DNA of 37,341 bases, from positions 2,242 to 39,582 of the forward strand of contig JAUNGH010000001.1 of the NCBI GenBank assembly GCA_030524605.1. The letters are read 5' to 3'. The DNA is from Oscillospiraceae bacterium (GTDB taxonomy: Bacteria > Bacillota > Clostridia > Oscillospirales > Oscillospiraceae). Positions 34,563 through 37,341 of the stretch are shown here, one piece after another. The translations under genes were made by a program, and so were the position numbers. A model generated the notes under the pieces. It did no database searches, had not been told where the DNA came from, and was given only the letters and a program-made list of their open reading frames with translations. How positions within the stretch are numbered: position 1 is the stretch's first letter; every line of letters starts with the position of its first letter.

Positions 34563-35219
34563 TTGGAAGAGAAGAAATTGACCAGACGGCGGCAGCAGGC
34601 AATTGATACCAAAAACAGGATCTTTGAGGTCACCATGCAGCTTGGCTCGGAGATCGGCTACGAGTCCTTGGATATCAGCAGCATCTGCAAGGCGGCGAAC
34701 ATCTCCGTCGGGACCTTTTATCACTACTTCCGCTCGCTGGACGCGGTTTTTCAGGAGCAATATTATCAATATGACAGCTTTATTGCGAAGTCTATCCAGG
34801 ACTCTCCGCTCTTGGGGTCCGCCACCGAACGGCTCTGGCAGCTGTTCTCTTTGAAATACAGGTATGTGGTGGCCCACGGCGTTCAGTCCATCGTCCGCCA
34901 GTACCGAGGCCAATTCGCACAGGTCGATTCTGAAAACAGCATATTTTATTCCGAGGAGCGCATCACCGTCAAAGCGCTGATTTCTATTCTGGAGGAGGGC
35001 ATCGCAAACGGCGAATTTGTTATGGGTGATTCCCCCAAATTTGTCGCCAATGTCCTGCTGGTATTTTCCCGCGGGATCCTGGTGGACTGGGCGCTGAAAA
35101 ACGGCAGTTATGATTTGGAGAAAGTTGCTCTGCAAAACCTGAACCTGATCATGCGTCAGTATATCGTTGACCCCGGCTCGTCTGGGACGCCTCTTTCCCA
35201 GCAGCCGCGCCCTTCCTAA
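34563..35219 (+). CDS. TetR/AcrR-family transcriptional regulator
   Basis: TTG start with RBS GGAGGA; TKNRI...GYE...IS.ICKAANISVGTFYHYF.S HTH. Confidence 0.92.
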   Translation: MEEKKLTRRRQQAIDTKNRIFEVTMQLGSEIGYESLDISSICKAANISVGTFYHYFRSLDAVFQEQYYQYDSFIAKSIQDSPLLGSATERLWQLFSLKYRYVVAHGVQSIVRQYRGQFAQVDSENSIFYSEERITVKALISILEEGIANGEFVMGDSPKFVANVLLVFSRGILVDWALKNGSYDLEKVALQNLNLIMRQYIVDPGSSGTPLSQQPRPS

Positions 35220-35346
35220 GCGCACTGTTTTCCGCGCATACGGAAAGCAAATTTTGCGTCTTTTCCCGGTATGCACCCCGGCGGAGCTGCGGCTTCAGGA
35301 TCCTGCCGGAAACGACCGAGACGCCATCCGAAGGAGCCAAACGCAT

Positions 35347-35394
35347 AAAACGCCTCCGCCCCAGCCGGACTGCCGGATGGGGCGGAGGCGTTTT
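35347..35394. terminator. Bidirectional intrinsic terminator
   Basis: AAAACGCCTCCGCCCCA...TGGGGCGGAGGCGTTTT. Confidence 0.88.
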
Positions 35395-35506
35395 CGATCC
35401 TCCGGATCATTTGTGCGTGTATATTCTTTGATTTGCCGGGGACAGACCAGCCGGAAAACCGCAGTTTTTTCCTAGCCCTTTTCTTGCGCTGCGGGTGCCA
35501 GACCCT

Positions 35507-36361
35507 TTACTCAACAGGGACTTCCACGATGCCCGCCGCGCCGGCGGCGATGGCATACTTGGGGAAGGTCAGCACAACAGCGCCGTCCTCCCGGATATAG
35601 AAGGTGGTGGTCTCGTCCACGGTGGTAAATCCGCCTTCGTCGGGTCCGAAGAAGTAAGAGAACCCGTCGGCATCCGTTTGGCCAGCGATATAGGTCTTCA
35701 CAGCGTCATTGCAGCGTGCCGTCCAATCGTCGCCCAGCAGATCCCGGAGGGTGAGATCCCGGTCCTCCGCCAGATCCAGGTTGTAATAGTACTGCTCCTG
35801 CATGGAGGCCACCCAGCCCTCCGCCAGTGTCACCACGAAGGAGACCTGGGTATCCGTCCGGCGCTTGACCTCATAGTCCACGATCACGTCCATCTCACGG
35901 CCGCCCCACTCCTCCTCGGTGCCGCCGGTGGCGAAGAATGCCTCACGATACTCCTCCCAATCCCGCCGGGCCTTTTCCAGGTGGGCGTCCACCCGCGCCT
36001 GGATGGCGGCGTTCACTTGGTCCGCCAGGGCGCTGTCGTTCTCCACCTCCGGGACGGTGACCTGATAGTTGACGCCATCCTCCGCCGTCTCGTAATGGCG
36101 GACGGTCAGCACCTGGAACAAGCCGCCCAGCACCGGCACATCCGCTGCGGCGGCCGCCGCGGTGGCGGACAGGTTCAGCGTCCCCACCAGCACCACGAAG
36201 CAGGCGGCAGCGGCGCTCAGGCTCCGCCACAGGCTTCTGCGCCGCCGCGCGGCGCGGTATTCCCTCTTTCCCTGCCGGATGCCGGCCTGCACACGATCCG
36301 CCAGCTCCTCCGGGATGGGGGTGGCCATATAGTACTCTCTCGCCTCATGAAAATCTTTCAT
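35507..36361 (-). CDS. rsiV: Anti-sigma factor, RsiV-like (DUF3298-type C terminus)
   Basis: ATGA overlap with the ECF sigma gene; Y...PIPEEL, one TM helix, A.A..DVP.LG cleavage-type region, YYNLDL...LTL.DL and FYI...G..V..FPKY.IA.G..G. Confidence 0.82.
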   Translation of the reverse strand: MKDFHEAREYYMATPIPEELADRVQAGIRQGKREYRAARRRRSLWRSLSAAAACFVVLVGTLNLSATAAAAAADVPVLGGLFQVLTVRHYETAEDGVNYQVTVPEVENDSALADQVNAAIQARVDAHLEKARRDWEEYREAFFATGGTEEEWGGREMDVIVDYEVKRRTDTQVSFVVTLAEGWVASMQEQYYYNLDLAEDRDLTLRDLLGDDWTARCNDAVKTYIAGQTDADGFSYFFGPDEGGFTTVDETTTFYIREDGAVVLTFPKYAIAAGAAGIVEVPVE

Positions 36362-36855
36362 TCGATGTTCGCTCCTTCCAACGATATCCGCAGTTTCTTC
36401 AGCCCGGTGTACAGACGCGTCTTCACGGTGCTGAGATTCAGCCCCGTCACGGCGCTGATCTCCTTCAGGGAAAGCTCCTCATAAAACCGCAGCCGGATGA
36501 TGCTCCCCACCTCCGCAGGCAGGGCGTCCACCCGCTCCGCCAGGGTCCCGTCGGCAGGCAGGGGGTCCTCGTAGCTGCCGGTGTCCAAGGCCTCGGGGTC
36601 CACAAAGGCCACCCGCTTCCGCTGCCGGAGCTGATCTGTACACACATTGACCAGGATATGATAAAACCAGGTGCGCATAGCCGTCTGCTCCCGCAGGCTA
36701 TCCTGCTTTTCCAGTGCCCTGCAGACGGCGGTCTGCACCGCGTCCAGGGCCTCTTCCCTGTTTTTCAGATAGCTGTAAGCCAAACGGTAAAACCGCGCCT
36801 GTTCCCCCACAAGGAATGTGGTCAATTGCTCTTCACGATTCACTGACACAAGCAT
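36358..36855 (-). CDS. sigV: ECF RNA polymerase sigma factor, SigV-like
   Basis: FYRLAYSY.KN.E.ALDAVQ, TWFY.ILVN and LRFYEELSLKEIS......STVKTRLY; coupled to the RsiV-like gene. Confidence 0.85.
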   Translation of the reverse strand: MLVSVNREEQLTTFLVGEQARFYRLAYSYLKNREEALDAVQTAVCRALEKQDSLREQTAMRTWFYHILVNVCTDQLRQRKRVAFVDPEALDTGSYEDPLPADGTLAERVDALPAEVGSIIRLRFYEELSLKEISAVTGLNLSTVKTRLYTGLKKLRISLEGANIE

Positions 36856-36883
36856 GGTCCTTTCTGTTTTGTTCTGACTGATA

Positions 36884-36909
36884 GACGGACAGAGCGCGGA
36901 AAAAGTTTG
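36884..36909 (-). promoter_or_regulatory. ECF (sigmaV-type) autoregulatory promoter
   Basis: CAAAC-N17-CGTC on the minus strand just upstream of sigV. Confidence 0.7.
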
Positions 36910-36917
36910 GGATATTT

Positions 36918-36952
36918 AAAAAAATTTCCGGTGAGGATTCACCGGAAATTTT
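36918..36952 (-). terminator. Intrinsic terminator of the ABC permease gene
   Basis: AAAATTTCCGGTGA-GGAT-TCACCGGAAATTTT with a minus-strand T tract. Confidence 0.88.
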
Positions 36953-36954
36953 GA

Positions 36955-37341
36955 TCAGTCATACCGCAGGGCGTCGATGGGGTTCAGCTTTGCCGCCTTG
37001 TTGGCCGGGAGATACCCGAACAGCACGCCGATGCCCACGCTGACGCCGAAGCTCACCAGGATGGCCCCCAGGGTGGGGGTGGCATTGAAGGTGATGCCGG
37101 TGGCCCCCAGGCTCTGCACCAGCATGCCGCCGAAGATCGTGCCGATGCCCACGGCCAGCAGGCAGCCGAAGGCAATGCCCAGCAGCCCGCCGATGGCGGA
37201 GGTGGTTCCGGCTTCGATGATGAACTGCCGCCGGATGTCCCGCCGCTTGGCTCCCAGGGACTTGCGGATGCCGATCTCCCGGGTGCGCTCCGTGACGGAG
37301 ACCAGCATGATGTTCATGATGCCGATGCCGCCCACCAGCAG
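36955..37341 (-). CDS. MacB/FtsX-like ABC transporter permease, C-terminal part (5'-truncated)
   Basis: LLVGGIGIMNIMLVSVTERTREIGIRKSLGA...FGYLPA.KAA.LNPIDALRYD. Confidence 0.93.
   Translation of the reverse strand: MLVGGIGIMNIMLVSVTERTREIGIRKSLGAKRRDIRRQFIIEAGTTSAIGGLLGIAFGCLLAVGIGTIFGGMLVQSLGATGITFNATPTLGAILVSFGVSVGIGVLFGYLPANKAAKLNPIDALRYD

Noticed and set aside
35507-36855. sigV-rsiV as a novel system
   Set aside because: It is a well-described lysozyme-responsive ECF/anti-sigma pair in Firmicutes, and nothing atypical was seen.

Overview
High-GC Firmicute (Clostridia) chromosomal window; an Oscillospiraceae-like origin is my inference from gene content. Bases 1-17.2 kb are mostly core genes: ade (5'-truncated), a C39-like lipoprotein, a cysteine hydrolase, an NSS transporter, AraC-DUF2000, an XRE-HTH/desulfoferrodoxin fusion, a YbhJ-type aconitase-like hydratase with icd, PadR with two DUF2812 genes, a SleB-like hydrolase, a TIGR04255 protein and gdhA. 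The right end holds sigV-rsiV and a MacB-like permease fragment. The main find is an ~18 kb accessory catabolic cluster (17.3-35.2 kb) with two regulatory tiers. Tier 1 is a TetR/sigmaA operon: LeuC/LeuD-like Fe-S hydro-lyase with rewritten catalytic motifs (GSSRE to GHPHY, SNRN to GTLN, DSH to DGH), a TRAP transporter, and an isocitrate-lyase-family enzyme with KRCPIC in place of K[KR]CGH. Tier 2 is a pair of back-to-back sigma54 operons sharing TGTCC-N8-GGACA sites: GctAB-like CoA-transferase, SDR, enhancer-binding protein, D-2-hydroxyacid dehydrogenase and glycerate kinase on one side; a divergent AbfD-type dehydratase, Hbd, Crt and thiolase on the other. I do not recognise this combination as a described pathway, and the substrate is unknown. 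No rRNA, tRNA, CRISPR array or transposase was seen. All family calls come from motif recognition by eye, not database searches.
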